The notes under the pieces are model-generated. The model searched no databases and was not told the origin of the DNA. It saw only the letters and a list, made by a program, of their open reading frames with translations. DNA of 60,530 bases from a virus (taxonomy: Duplodnaviria; Caudoviricetes): the IMG/VR virus record IMGVR_UViG_3300042938_000567, positions 1 to 60,530 of that record; one strand, written 5' to 3'. Shown here in pieces: positions 10,544 through 19,739 of this stretch. Numbering within the stretch: the stretch's first letter is position 1; each line of letters starts with the position of its first letter. The position numbers were made by a program, and so were the translations under genes.

Positions 10544-10924
10544 TGAATTTAATGCGTTCCTGCGTCGATTGCAAGAAGAACATCCCCTTGCTTTGTGTTC
10601 TAGTTTAGTTCCAAGAACCTTGTCTGTAACCGCCGCTACAGTGTGAATGGCTTGCGCGATTCTGTCTCCAATCCCATCAGCATACCAGCAACGATCACTT
10701 GGTTGGCGTTGGCAGATTTGATCTTCGACAAGTTGCTCAAGGTTACTGGGAACATCAATCCCATTTGATCGGCAATCTTTTTGGATATTTGAAATCAAGT
10801 TGCTCCATGTGCTTCCGTATACAACCGCTGGGAAGGTGAGTTTATCACGCTTGATCTCGTAGCGGTAGTACCATGAACCAACTGGAGCTAGGTTTCTATT
10901 TTTGAGTTTCATCTTGCCTTTCAT
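10535..10924 (-). CDS. Hypothetical Cys-containing protein
   Basis: 129 aa with C-terminal GCSSCNRRR; leads the head operon. Confidence 0.6.
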   Translation of the reverse strand: MKGKMKLKNRNLAPVGSWYYRYEIKRDKLTFPAVVYGSTWSNLISNIQKDCRSNGIDVPSNLEQLVEDQICQRQPSDRCWYADGIGDRIAQAIHTVAAVTDKVLGTKLEHKARGCSSCNRRRNALNSLS

Positions 10925-10948
10925 CTGAAAATATATTTTATTGTTGAT

Positions 10949-12799
10949 ATGTCAAGAATTTTTTCTGGAAACACAGGCATTCAAAAGTACGGTATCAAAT
11001 TCCCTGAGAACATGGACGAGCTTGGTGTAGAGCTATACTGCTACGCTATTAGTAAGGGTGAATACGGAAAAGATTACTGCAATAAGCACAATATAAATCT
11101 TTCAGATTTTAAATTGCTTACTCCATATGAACACTTCTTGAAGGCAGTAAAACTCCAATGGCCCACTGAAGTTTCTATTGTCAATCGAGGTTATACCAAT
11201 AATCAGTTATTGAGAACTCTGGAAGAACTCTGCAACAATGATGACATCTGTTTGGCTGGCGCGGCCTCGATGGGAAAGTCGTTTCCAGTTGGGCTTTGGG
11301 TCTACCTTGACTGGTGTTCTGCACCGCATTGTACTTCGTCTTGGGTTGCTACAACTACTCTTGGCGCGTCCGAAGATCGTATCTGGGGTATCATTTCTAA
11401 GTTGTGGAAGTCTGCTGCTGTCCAGTTTGGGAAGTTAATTGACTATCGCCACATGATTGTTTGGGGTGGTGGATCGAATGATGAGGATAAGGACTATCGC
11501 AATGCCATCAAAGCTCTTGCTTTTCAGTCAGGTAATGAAGGTCAGAAGGCTATTGATACTACCCGTGGACGTAAGAATGATCGGATTAGACTAGCTCTTG
11601 ATGAGTTGCCCGAAATGGAACTGGGCGCGATTACTGCCCGTGTTAACTTGTCAGCTAACAATGATGTAGTCTTTATCGGTATTGGAAACCCATCTGCTGG
11701 TGACAATCCTCACACCCGATGGGCTATGCCTAAAGGTCAAAGTAACTTTGATACTGTCAGTCCAGAGATGGATAAGTGGGATACGGAGACTGGCGTTTGC
11801 CTGTTCTACAACGGAATGAGGTCACCTAACTTCGCTGCTCCTGAGAATGAACCCTCCCCGTTTCCGTTTTTGATGGATCGAAAGAAACAACAAGTCATGC
11901 TCAAGCAGTGTTACGGAGACGAGAATGCGATTGATTATGTTCGTAACGCTATTGGCTGGTGGCCTAAATCTGGGTTCGCGCAGACTATTCTAACCGCTGA
12001 TCTCATTCGTAACGCTGATACTAACGAAGAACCACTCTGGGATTCAGAAGGATTTCATAAGATTGCTGGCTTCGATACCGCTTTTACAGTTGGTGGAGAT
12101 AGGTGTGTGCTTACTATAGCTAAACTGGGTTACATTCGCGGGACTCGCAATCGTGTTATGTGGTTGGAGAAACAGAAGGTTATTCAGCTATCTGCCCGTG
12201 AAGCTGCTGAGTTTGAGGTCGGTCTAGCTAAGGAAGTAGTCGAGCTATGCCGGGCTTCTGGAGTTCAGCCTACCAAATTTGGTATGGACGTGTCTGGTGA
12301 TGGCGGTCGAGTCGCACAAGCTATCATCCGCGAGTGGTTGAAGCATGATTCTAGTGGTCATTCTATCGCGCTTATTTCTTCTATGGGTAAACCTACTGAG
12401 CGTATGGCAGCAGAGGTTGATAAACGCCCGTGTAAGGATGTTTATGATAGATTGGTATCAGAGTATTATTACTCTTGTTATCATGCATTCAAGAGCCGTA
12501 CTCTTTTTGGTGTTGATCCATCTTCTGAATTAGCAAGAGAACTTTGTCTTCGTAGATACACAATTAAAAATAAAAAGATTTCAATTGAAACAAAAGATGA
12601 TCTTAAGGGAAGAACTGGTTATTCTCCTGATTTAAGTGATAGTCTAATATATGCATTAGAAATGGCTAGAAGAAGTGGATTAGTGTTTATCGGAACCGAT
12701 AAACCCGTACCTACAAATAGATTTTGGGCAAGAGACGAAAAGCCAACTGAATCCATTATGGATGATGACTACTCTACCGATGATTGGGGAGAGGATTAA
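10949..12799 (+). CDS. terL: Terminase large subunit
   Basis: Walker A-like LAGAASMGKS, Walker B LALDE, GNP motif, nuclease GFDTA and C-terminal SPDLSDSL. Confidence 0.88.
   Translation: MSRIFSGNTGIQKYGIKFPENMDELGVELYCYAISKGEYGKDYCNKHNINLSDFKLLTPYEHFLKAVKLQWPTEVSIVNRGYTNNQLLRTLEELCNNDDICLAGAASMGKSFPVGLWVYLDWCSAPHCTSSWVATTTLGASEDRIWGIISKLWKSAAVQFGKLIDYRHMIVWGGGSNDEDKDYRNAIKALAFQSGNEGQKAIDTTRGRKNDRIRLALDELPEMELGAITARVNLSANNDVVFIGIGNPSAGDNPHTRWAMPKGQSNFDTVSPEMDKWDTETGVCLFYNGMRSPNFAAPENEPSPFPFLMDRKKQQVMLKQCYGDENAIDYVRNAIGWWPKSGFAQTILTADLIRNADTNEEPLWDSEGFHKIAGFDTAFTVGGDRCVLTIAKLGYIRGTRNRVMWLEKQKVIQLSAREAAEFEVGLAKEVVELCRASGVQPTKFGMDVSGDGGRVAQAIIREWLKHDSSGHSIALISSMGKPTERMAAEVDKRPCKDVYDRLVSEYYYSCYHAFKSRTLFGVDPSSELARELCLRRYTIKNKKISIETKDDLKGRTGYSPDLSDSLIYALEMARRSGLVFIGTDKPVPTNRFWARDEKPTESIMDDDYSTDDWGED
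12687..12702. promoter_or_regulatory. TTATCG-N4-CGATAA palindrome (intragenic)
   Basis: TTATCGGAACCGATAA inside terL. Confidence 0.8.
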
Positions 12800-13023
12800 T
12801 CCAGAATACCTTGAAGCTCTAGCGTGTTTGCTACTTCCTCTGGTATAACAATACGAATGAACTTACGTCCTTCATGGAAGCCAAGTGTTTCCATTGTCTT
12901 GATGTCAGCTTTCTTTACCCAGCATTGATTGAATTGCTGTTGGAAAAGAATCTTAGTTTGGTTCTCATCTTCATGGTATCCCTCGCAGATGATCATTGAA
13001 ACGAATGTATTATTTGAACTCAT
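12796..13023 (-). CDS. Hypothetical protein
   Basis: 75-aa ORF in the leftward operon. Confidence 0.55.
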   Translation of the reverse strand: MSSNNTFVSMIICEGYHEDENQTKILFQQQFNQCWVKKADIKTMETLGFHEGRKFIRIVIPEEVANTLELQGILD

Positions 13024-13306
13024 ATATTAAATATCCTAATTCTCTTGCCCACGCAGGATTGTCGTGGATTCTGTTATGACAAATTCTACAGGTTGCCATA
13101 AACATTTCTAGGTTGGAAAGGTTCTTTCCTCTCTTAGCTTTGTGGTGAATATCTGTAGCTCCAGCCCCGCATACCTCGCAGTTTGGGTGAGTAGTAAAGT
13201 ATTCCTTTCTCGCTTCAGAGTATTCTTTGTTCAGAACCTTACGCTTATCTGAAACAGGCTTTAATCTTGCCCCCGTTTTTTTGAACCCTTTTTTTCTACT
13301 GAGCAT
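13010..13306 (-). CDS. Small HNH endonuclease
   Basis: CEVC..ATDIHH..RG..NL....CRICHNRIH. Confidence 0.8.
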   Translation of the reverse strand: MLSRKKGFKKTGARLKPVSDKRKVLNKEYSEARKEYFTTHPNCEVCGAGATDIHHKAKRGKNLSNLEMFMATCRICHNRIHDNPAWARELGYLIYEFK

Positions 13307-13485
13307 TGATAGTAATTTGTTAGCTCTTGAAGTCCGATGGTGGCCAACTCCAATGACTCGTACTCTGGCTTGAGGCTGTCTGGGAAAGGCTTTCCTCGTT
13401 CGTGCATGGGGCTGGGGTTGCTGGCTGAGTAAGGACTGACTCGGACGTAGTAGTTGCCGTTTTCGATTTCGAGGAAGGTGTGCAT
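13261..13485 (-). CDS. Hypothetical protein (overlaps the XRE C-terminus)
   Basis: Plausible 74-aa composition; the overlapping XRE tail looks low-complexity. Confidence 0.45.
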   Translation of the reverse strand: MHTFLEIENGNYYVRVSPYSASNPSPMHERGKPFPDSLKPEYESLELATIGLQELTNYYQCSVEKKGSKKRGQD

Positions 13486-13727
13486 AGTTCGATCACTTTA
13501 TCTACTTGTTCTTTCTTCAGAATGCTCTTGGAGTTCACTTCAATCTGGTTGATTAACGATCCAGTTACGCCGATCTTGTCACCTAGTTCCCTGACTGTCA
13601 TTCCTAGCTTCTTGCGAGTTTCCCGAAGCTGATTAGCAAAGGTCTTGCGTCCAATAGAACGAATGTAGCGAGACTGCTCGTATGCAGTCATGCAAGATTC
13701 ATAGGCTTCGTATAGTGGATGCTTCAT
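13320..13727 (-). CDS. XRE-family helix-turn-helix regulator
   Basis: LRETRKKLGMTVRELGDKIGVTGSLINQIE. Confidence 0.85.
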   Translation of the reverse strand: MKHPLYEAYESCMTAYEQSRYIRSIGRKTFANQLRETRKKLGMTVRELGDKIGVTGSLINQIEVNSKSILKKEQVDKVIELCTPSSKSKTATTTSESVLTQPATPAPCTNEESLSQTASSQSTSHWSWPPSDFKS

Positions 13728-13735
13728 TTCAATTA

Positions 13736-13781
13736 AAAGTAAACCAATCCTATTGACAAGTCAACACTTTTTTGATAGTCT
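13736..13781. promoter_or_regulatory. Back-to-back divergent sigma70 promoters
   Basis: + strand TTGACA-N17-TAGTCT; - strand TTGACT-N17-TACTTT; the two -35 boxes abut as TTGACAAGTCAA. Confidence 0.65.
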
Positions 13782-13789
13782 CTTTCTAT

Positions 13790-14164
13790 ATGGATAACAC
13801 CAATGATGATAAAGTTATAGATAAAGAAGCGGAGCGTATGCTTGCCGCAGTTAGACAAACAGTTCTAATTACAAATATGTCTCTTGCTGCTGCCCTCAAT
13901 ACCAGTCTACTTGCAGAATATGAATCTGAAGAAGGCATCTGTAATATGGCACTCAAACCCAACAATACTGCGATCCTTGCAACTACCTCTGCTACTGGTT
14001 TGACGATTTACAAATCCCACTTCTTCATCAAGGATGATGCTATCGGTGAACAGCGTCACATCTACAAATGTGAGAATGAAGATGACGCAGATACGCTCTG
14101 GGCCACCATCAACGACAAAATGTTTGAATGGTCAAGGGGTGAGATTAAGTCCGTTGACATCTAG
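13790..14164 (+). CDS. Hypothetical protein
   Basis: ORF from ATG 13790, just after the promoter. Confidence 0.6.
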   Translation: MDNTNDDKVIDKEAERMLAAVRQTVLITNMSLAAALNTSLLAEYESEEGICNMALKPNNTAILATTSATGLTIYKSHFFIKDDAIGEQRHIYKCENEDDADTLWATINDKMFEWSRGEIKSVDI

Positions 14165-14167
14165 TCA

Positions 14168-14183
14168 TTATCGTTACCGATAA
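14168..14183. promoter_or_regulatory. TTATCG-N4-CGATAA palindrome
   Basis: TTATCGTTACCGATAA, 18 bp upstream of TTGACA at 14202. Confidence 0.85.
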
Positions 14184-14201
14184 AAATATTGTAAAAAACA
14201 T

Positions 14202-14229
14202 TTGACACTATCACTAGATGTAGTAGTGT
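14202..14229 (+). promoter_or_regulatory. Sigma70-like promoter of the replication operon
   Basis: TTGACA-N16-TAGTGT. Confidence 0.55.
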
Positions 14230-14385
14230 CTGTCTTGTACGAGCAATCGTGCCTTCGGGGTGAGAGCCGAAGAAAAGTCAGGAATTAAATTAACAAATAA
14301 AATATATGATCCCTTGTGGTGGTAAACCACTCTCATGCGTCAGTTGCCGCTTCCTGTCGCCATCACAAGGGGTCGCCTTTTTAAA

Positions 14386-14655
14386 ATGATTATTAGAAAT
14401 ACACCAGCGTTTATTACACATGAACACTTCGATAACATTAGATTGTCTGTATGTGCCATTGGTTTGTTAGCTCATATTGCACGATGGATAAATGACGGAT
14501 TTAACACAGAAGAGATATTAGATGAAATCTATGATATGTGCCATCATGATAAATGTGCAGCAGTAGGATACATAGAACTTTTAAAGGAAAATATTATCCA
14601 CAATTTCTTCCAAGAAGACGAAATGGATTCAATCAAATCACTTGCTAAAAGATGA
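14386..14655 (+). CDS. Hypothetical protein preceding the initiator
   Basis: MIIRNTPAF... start; ATGA-coupled to the next gene. Confidence 0.5.
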   Translation: MIIRNTPAFITHEHFDNIRLSVCAIGLLAHIARWINDGFNTEEILDEIYDMCHHDKCAAVGYIELLKENIIHNFFQEDEMDSIKSLAKR

Positions 14656-15539
14656 AACCAAGAAAACTAGGGAGAATCGTGCTTAGAGAAGAGTTTTTTT
14701 GCATCACTCAATGCATGGAAGAAGCAATGATTTTAAATCAGATGTGTTATTGGTCTGAGCGAATTGAAGACATAGATAAATTCTTAGAAGAAGAATACAC
14801 GATGCTAGTAGATCACGTTCCAGTACTATCTCATGGATGGATTTATAAATCAGCTTCACAATTAGTTGAAGAAATGTTCGGAGCTATCAGCGAAAAAACG
14901 ATGAATAGGGTTCTTGATAGATTAGTAAAAAAGAATTTTCTTCATAGAAGAGTTAATCCAAATCCACGGTATAGGTTTGATAAAACCTATCACTATAGAG
15001 TCAATTTTGTAGAAATAATTTCTCAATTAAACGCTAAGAATATGCCTTTAAGTGGATATGCAATAATTGAAGAATGTGCAGAAAGAATAAACAAAGGTGT
15101 CGCTCCGATCCGTCAAAATGACGCTTCGATTGATCATTCTGACGGAGCAATACCAGAGACTATAACAAAGATTACATACAAAGAAGAAAACCCTATAATC
15201 CCTTTAGATAAAAAAACTGATTTATTCCAGACTGAGAAAATTGCCAAAGGCAAAAATGTTCCCCCCCGTTGCGAAGCCCCCCCAGAAAATAATTTTCCAG
15301 CGGAATTGGATTCACCAGATTTTCTTGAAGTATGGGAAGAATATCTTGAGTTCAGAAAACAGAACAAATGGAAGACAGTCGAAATCTGGAGAGCAAAACT
15401 TTTGAAGAAGCTAGTCTCTTGGGGAAAGGAAGACGCAATAGCTTCCCTCAATGCATCTATGGAGAGTGGCTATCAGGGAGTATTCCAACCTAAAGAAAAA
15501 CAAACGCAAAGTTACAATCCCTACAAGCAATCCTTCTAA
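14652..15539 (+). CDS. Phage replication initiator (winged-helix N-terminus)
   Basis: ILNQMCYW..GWIYKSASQL wHTH, C-terminal WEEYLEFRK..SMESGYQGVF; lies directly upstream of DnaB. Confidence 0.7.
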   Translation: MKPRKLGRIVLREEFFCITQCMEEAMILNQMCYWSERIEDIDKFLEEEYTMLVDHVPVLSHGWIYKSASQLVEEMFGAISEKTMNRVLDRLVKKNFLHRRVNPNPRYRFDKTYHYRVNFVEIISQLNAKNMPLSGYAIIEECAERINKGVAPIRQNDASIDHSDGAIPETITKITYKEENPIIPLDKKTDLFQTEKIAKGKNVPPRCEAPPENNFPAELDSPDFLEVWEEYLEFRKQNKWKTVEIWRAKLLKKLVSWGKEDAIASLNASMESGYQGVFQPKEKQTQSYNPYKQSF

Positions 15540-16789
15540 TGAAAAAAATACCACTAATGAAAGTAGTCCCAATAGCAACCAAAAGCGAGGCAGCAGCCTT
15601 AGCTTTAATCGCAATAGACAGAAACATCCTCGCGCAACAAACGTGGGATGTGGATTATTTCGCTCTGCCGCCCCACAGGAAGGTTTTTACCGCCCTCCAA
15701 GGGGTTCACCAGCGAACAGGGGCTTGCTGCCCGTTTTCTGCCATTGCTGAGTTAGAAGCAACAGGCGAGATCGAAGCGGCTGGAGGAGAGAACGAAGTCC
15801 ATGAGATTCTTTCTACCATGAAGATCGCTTCTGGGAAGGTTTGTCAGGATATGGCGGACGATTACCGCAAGCAGCTAGTCAGAAACAAAGGATACCGCGA
15901 TGTCATCAAGGTTATCGAGGAAGAAGAACCCAATATCCGAGTAGGAAAGTCCGATTTGAAGAAATTATCGGAAACGATAATGAGATGTTCGGAGGATCGG
16001 AGTGTCAAAGTGAAGCCAGTCAAAGATATTATCTTGGAAATCATCGACGAGATGGAAGGTAAGTCCAAAGAAGAGTGTTTCACCACAGGAATGATCCGAT
16101 TGGACAGAACATTGAGGGGCGGGCTGCATCATGGAGAGCTTTTGACGGTAGCTTCAGAGACTGGTGGAGGTAAATCCATCTTTCTAGTCCAAGCAGCAGT
16201 AGCAAATCTACTCAACAACAAGTCAGTTATCTTCTTTTCACTAGAAATGAACGCCAAAGACATCCTAACTCGTATGGCTTGCAACATGGCTGGTTATCCG
16301 ATCCGCGAAAGAGCAGAATATCTCAACGCAAACAAGGTAGAACTAGACGCAATCACCAATGCACTGACCAAATTGCATGGTATGCCACTTCAAATCATAG
16401 ATGCTATCAGCGACATCAACGATATTGAGGCTAATATTAACCGATATGTGGGAGAAAACCGCGCGGATGTGGTGATCGTAGACTATCTCCAGATCGTATC
16501 CATTGAAGGTGTAGACAACCGCGAGAATGCTATCTCTGAGATCACAAGAAGGTTAAAGGTATCAGCATCCGTTAACAAACTTGTACTGCTGACAGCCTCC
16601 CAGTTAAATGATGAGGGAAGGTTACGAGAGAGCCGAGCGATTGGGATGCATAGTAATCAGATTATTTACGTTGAGCATCTGAAAACTAAGAGCCAAGTGA
16701 CTGTCAAGAAGAACAGGCGCGGCCCGAAGGATTACAGGATAGATATTATCATGCACGGGGAGACTTCACGCATCGAGGAGGTATTCTAA
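15539..16789 (+). CDS. dnaB: Replicative DnaB-like helicase
   Basis: ASETGGGKS, FSLEM, VIVDYLQ, ASQLN, LRESRAI, KNRRG. Confidence 0.92.
   Translation: MKKIPLMKVVPIATKSEAAALALIAIDRNILAQQTWDVDYFALPPHRKVFTALQGVHQRTGACCPFSAIAELEATGEIEAAGGENEVHEILSTMKIASGKVCQDMADDYRKQLVRNKGYRDVIKVIEEEEPNIRVGKSDLKKLSETIMRCSEDRSVKVKPVKDIILEIIDEMEGKSKEECFTTGMIRLDRTLRGGLHHGELLTVASETGGGKSIFLVQAAVANLLNNKSVIFFSLEMNAKDILTRMACNMAGYPIRERAEYLNANKVELDAITNALTKLHGMPLQIIDAISDINDIEANINRYVGENRADVVIVDYLQIVSIEGVDNRENAISEITRRLKVSASVNKLVLLTASQLNDEGRLRESRAIGMHSNQIIYVEHLKTKSQVTVKKNRRGPKDYRIDIIMHGETSRIEEVF
15965..15980. promoter_or_regulatory. TTATCG-N4-CGATAA palindrome (intragenic)
   Basis: TTATCGGAAACGATAA inside dnaB. Confidence 0.8.
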
Positions 16790-16983
16790 TGTCAACAGAT
16801 AAAGCATACGAGAAGGCATCCAGATTCATGGATGCTGCACTCCAGATATGGGAGTCACAAGATAAAGAGAGATATTGTATAGCGGAGAATTACTGGAACG
16901 AAGGAATGAAAATCTACAACGAATACTTTATTCAGATAAATGTATTGACAGAGTTACAAGATATTGATAGTTTGCTTCCATGA
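16789..16983 (+). CDS. Hypothetical protein
   Basis: 64 aa, translationally coupled to its neighbours. Confidence 0.55.
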   Translation: MSTDKAYEKASRFMDAALQIWESQDKERYCIAENYWNEGMKIYNEYFIQINVLTELQDIDSLLP

Positions 16984-17135
16984 GTGACACACCAGAGACA
17001 GATGATCTCGCTAGGGGAAACCATGTTGTTCCGACCGAGTGGGCGCAGCAACTTGAACGCGAACGCGACGAGGCGCGGGAGGAAGTGAAACTTTTAAAAG
17101 CAATTTTAGACTTAATCAAAAAGGATACAATATGA
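16980..17135 (+). CDS. Small coiled-coil protein (MSDTPETD...LERERDEAR)
   Basis: Translated by hand, 51 aa, ATGA overlaps on both sides. Confidence 0.6.
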   Translation: MSDTPETDDLARGNHVVPTEWAQQLERERDEAREEVKLLKAILDLIKKDTI

Positions 17136-17461
17136 TCAACTCAAGAGCTAAAGGAGCCAGAGGTGAGAGAATGTGGAGAGACCAACTCCGCGCCGAAGGT
17201 TACACCGCTAAACGTGGACAACAACACGCAGGAGGACAAGACTCCCCAGACGTAGTATGCGAAGAAATGAAAGGTGTACTCCACTTTGAAGTTAAATGCG
17301 TACAGAATTTAAATTTAGATAAGGCTTGCGAACAGGCCGAGCGTGATGCTAATGGCATTGCGTGGGCTGTCGCTCACAAGAAAAACAACAAAGACTGGAA
17401 GGTTACTATCTCTGCCTCCACGTTCTTTAAACTATTAAGAGATGGAGTAGACGGACTATGA
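17132..17461 (+). CDS. Holliday junction resolvase-like PD-(D/E)XK nuclease
   Basis: NSRAKGARGER...PDV...FEVK. Confidence 0.8.
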   Translation: MINSRAKGARGERMWRDQLRAEGYTAKRGQQHAGGQDSPDVVCEEMKGVLHFEVKCVQNLNLDKACEQAERDANGIAWAVAHKKNNKDWKVTISASTFFKLLRDGVDGL

Positions 17462-17634
17462 AAAAACCAACCGCTAAACAAGCGAAGATAGCTAAGGTCA
17501 TGGGTGAGTACAAACGTGGGACACTCCACGCTGGTATCAACCCTAAAGGCCCGAAGAAAGCACCACTTGCCAAGAGCAGAAAACAGGCATTGGCTATTGC
17601 TCTTCGCTCTTCTGGAGTTCCAAAGAAGAAGTAA
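17458..17634 (+). CDS. Small basic protein (KVMGEYKRGTLH...SRKQALAIAL)
   Basis: Translated by hand, 58 aa; motif resembles a widespread small phage/bacterial family (DUF6496-like). Confidence 0.7.
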   Translation: MKKPTAKQAKIAKVMGEYKRGTLHAGINPKGPKKAPLAKSRKQALAIALRSSGVPKKK

Positions 17635-18136
17635 CTAAACTCAATTCTAATTTTTGATGTTCAGAATTACTCAAAACTTGTAGATTTTCTATTCTATTAT
17701 CAAGTCCGTTTCCATTTATATGATGCACGTGTTCCCATGTTTCAAGTTTTCTTCCAAGATAACATTGCATGATATGCCTGTGTTCTCTAATTCTTTCGCC
17801 ATTAATGGTGATGTAATTATATATTCTTGTAGCGCACTTACCAGCCCTTGCCATAAGTGGACTGACATCTCTTGCTTTTTTTGTATTTTCAGGATTGGCA
17901 ATAGATGTGCATCTGCGAGAGCAATAAAGGGCTGTAGGAATTCTATATTTAGGAACATAAAAAGATGTGGAGCAAATCTTGCAAATTTTTGTTATTCCAT
18001 TTTTTCTTTTTTCTCCTCTTTGTTTCCCAAATCTTTTTGCAACATCAAATCCCACACAACTTCTACAGCAAAATTTTTGAGAATTGCGCCGAGGAAGAAA
18101 TTCTTTATTGCAATGAGAACAAGTTTTAATTTTCAT
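17594..18136 (-). CDS. HNH homing endonuclease with zinc-finger repeats
   Basis: Two CxxC...FCSxxC modules plus EHRHIM..HVHHINGNGLDNRIENL; AT-rich and antisense to the operon. Confidence 0.85.
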   Translation of the reverse strand: MKIKTCSHCNKEFLPRRNSQKFCCRSCVGFDVAKRFGKQRGEKRKNGITKICKICSTSFYVPKYRIPTALYCSRRCTSIANPENTKKARDVSPLMARAGKCATRIYNYITINGERIREHRHIMQCYLGRKLETWEHVHHINGNGLDNRIENLQVLSNSEHQKLELSLVTSSLELQKSEEQ

Positions 18137-18179
18137 AGCATGAAACATAGCAATCGTAGTTAGTAAAGCAAGTAAAAAT

Positions 18180-18335
18180 ATGAACAAAAAACCAAAAGGG
18201 CTTTATGCCGCAATCAACGCTAAACGCAAACGTATAGAAGCGGGTAGTGGCGAGAAGATGAGGAAGGTTGGAGCCAAAGGCGCACCAACTGCAAAAGCAT
18301 TCAAACAATCAGCAAAAACAGCAAAGAAGAAATAA
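18180..18335 (+). CDS. Small basic protein (GLYAAINAKRKRI...AFKQSAKTAK)
   Basis: Translated by hand, 51 aa, Lys-rich. Confidence 0.7.
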   Translation: MNKKPKGLYAAINAKRKRIEAGSGEKMRKVGAKGAPTAKAFKQSAKTAKKK

Positions 18336-18336
18336 T

Positions 18337-18468
18337 ATGAAAAAATCAGGTACACACAAAATGCCAAACGGCAAAATGATGTCAGATTCCGCACACAAGA
18401 AAATGCACGAAAAAAAGGAATCTAAAGCCATGAAGAAAAAAGAAACCAAGCGTGGATACAAATCCTAG
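18337..18468 (+). CDS. Small basic protein (THKMPNGKMM)
   Basis: 43 aa, Lys-rich. Confidence 0.6.
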   Translation: MKKSGTHKMPNGKMMSDSAHKKMHEKKESKAMKKKETKRGYKS

Positions 18469-18508
18469 TTATAACAAGTTTAGTGAGTTTACACAAAACT
18501 TATAATAT

Positions 18509-18733
18509 ATGGAAAAGAGATTCGCTAAAGTAGTAAAGAACCCAGCTACTGGCAGGACTAAGACTGTCAAGTATGGGCAGAAAGGCGCGACGATCTCTCC
18601 GGGGACGAAGCGTGGTGATAGTTACTGCGCTCGTTCAGCTAAGATCAAAGGAGATTGGAAGTCAGACCCCAATAGCCCGAATAACCTATCCCGTAAAAAG
18701 TGGAAGTGTAAGGGAAGTAAATCAACTAAATGA
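18509..18733 (+). CDS. Small basic protein
   Basis: KTVKYGQKG..R.DSYCARS..DPNSPNNLSRKKWKC. Confidence 0.7.
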   Translation: MEKRFAKVVKNPATGRTKTVKYGQKGATISPGTKRGDSYCARSAKIKGDWKSDPNSPNNLSRKKWKCKGSKSTK

Positions 18734-18936
18734 AGCGATGCCCTAAGTGTGGATCAAACTCTAGTGTCTGTGATTCTAGGGAACAAGGAGATAGAATAAT
18801 GAGAAGGCGCGACTGCACCAAGTTAGGGTGTAGGACGGGCTGGACAACCTACGAAGTAGACTCTTCTTACATTAAACATATTCAAATGTTAGAAGAGAAG
18901 ATTAAACAACTTAAAGAATTAATGACAAGCATATGA
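18730..18936 (+). CDS. NrdR N-terminal-like zinc-ribbon protein
   Basis: CPKCG..SSVCDSR...RRRDC...C...WTTYE. Confidence 0.7.
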   Translation: MKRCPKCGSNSSVCDSREQGDRIMRRRDCTKLGCRTGWTTYEVDSSYIKHIQMLEEKIKQLKELMTSI

Positions 18937-18974
18937 GATTCCACGCACTGGGGCTTCCTCATTTTATGTCTTGA
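18933..18974 (+). pseudogene. Orphaned original 5' end of the glycosyltransferase gene (MRFHALGLPH)
   Basis: Matches YHILGLPH at the start of 19736; GGGCTTCCTCA repeated at 18951 and 19760. Confidence 0.7.
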
Positions 18975-19004
18975 CTAAAACCTAAAACGTGAAATAATAC
19001 TTGA

Positions 19005-19739
19005 ATGAAATATCAGTTATGGCGCAAGTATTGTAAGAAATACATTTCATTGGTTAAATCTTCACAGATTGAAAATGAGGAGTTGATGGAAAAACATCAT
19101 ATCTTCCCTCAAAGTATATTTGGTAAAAATAAAATAATAGTTTCACTTACTCCCAGACAGCATTTTGTGGCACATAAGTTGTTGCATAAGATTTTTCTTT
19201 TTAGAAATGGCGGAAATTCTACAAGGTGTTTTAAAATGGCAAAAGCATTTTGCTGGATGCAAACAAGAAATTGTGTGCAGTTTAACTCAAGAAGATATGA
19301 GTTTTGCAAAAAAATGAGGAGTGAATCAATGCGGGGACAAAATAACCCATTTAAAAATTCAAAATCATTTTCAGCAGAACATAAGAGAAAAATTAGTGAA
19401 TCACTTTTTAAAAACCCTCCAATGAAGGGTAAAAAACATTCTGATGAAACAAAATCAAAAATAAGTAAATCATTGCAAGGAAGAACTTTTATTCATTCTG
19501 AAGAAACAAAAAGAAAAATATCAGAAAAAAATAAAGGAAGAGAAATATCCGAAAAAACCAAAATCGCAGTTAGTGAAAGTAATAAAAAAAGAAAAGGTTC
19601 TAAAAGAACAATTGAAACAAAAGAAAAAATGAGAAATGCACAAATAAATAAACCAAAAGTTAAGTGCCCTTATTGCAATACTATTGGACATTATGCAGCA
19701 ATGGGCAGATGGCATTTTAATAATTGTAAATCAAAGTGA
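19005..19739 (+). CDS. HNH/NUMOD3 free-standing homing endonuclease
   Basis: EKHHIFPQS..LTPRQHFVAHKLL plus repeated HSEETKRKISE (NUMOD3); AT-rich. Confidence 0.88.
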   Translation: MKYQLWRKYCKKYISLVKSSQIENEELMEKHHIFPQSIFGKNKIIVSLTPRQHFVAHKLLHKIFLFRNGGNSTRCFKMAKAFCWMQTRNCVQFNSRRYEFCKKMRSESMRGQNNPFKNSKSFSAEHKRKISESLFKNPPMKGKKHSDETKSKISKSLQGRTFIHSEETKRKISEKNKGREISEKTKIAVSESNKKRKGSKRTIETKEKMRNAQINKPKVKCPYCNTIGHYAAMGRWHFNNCKSK

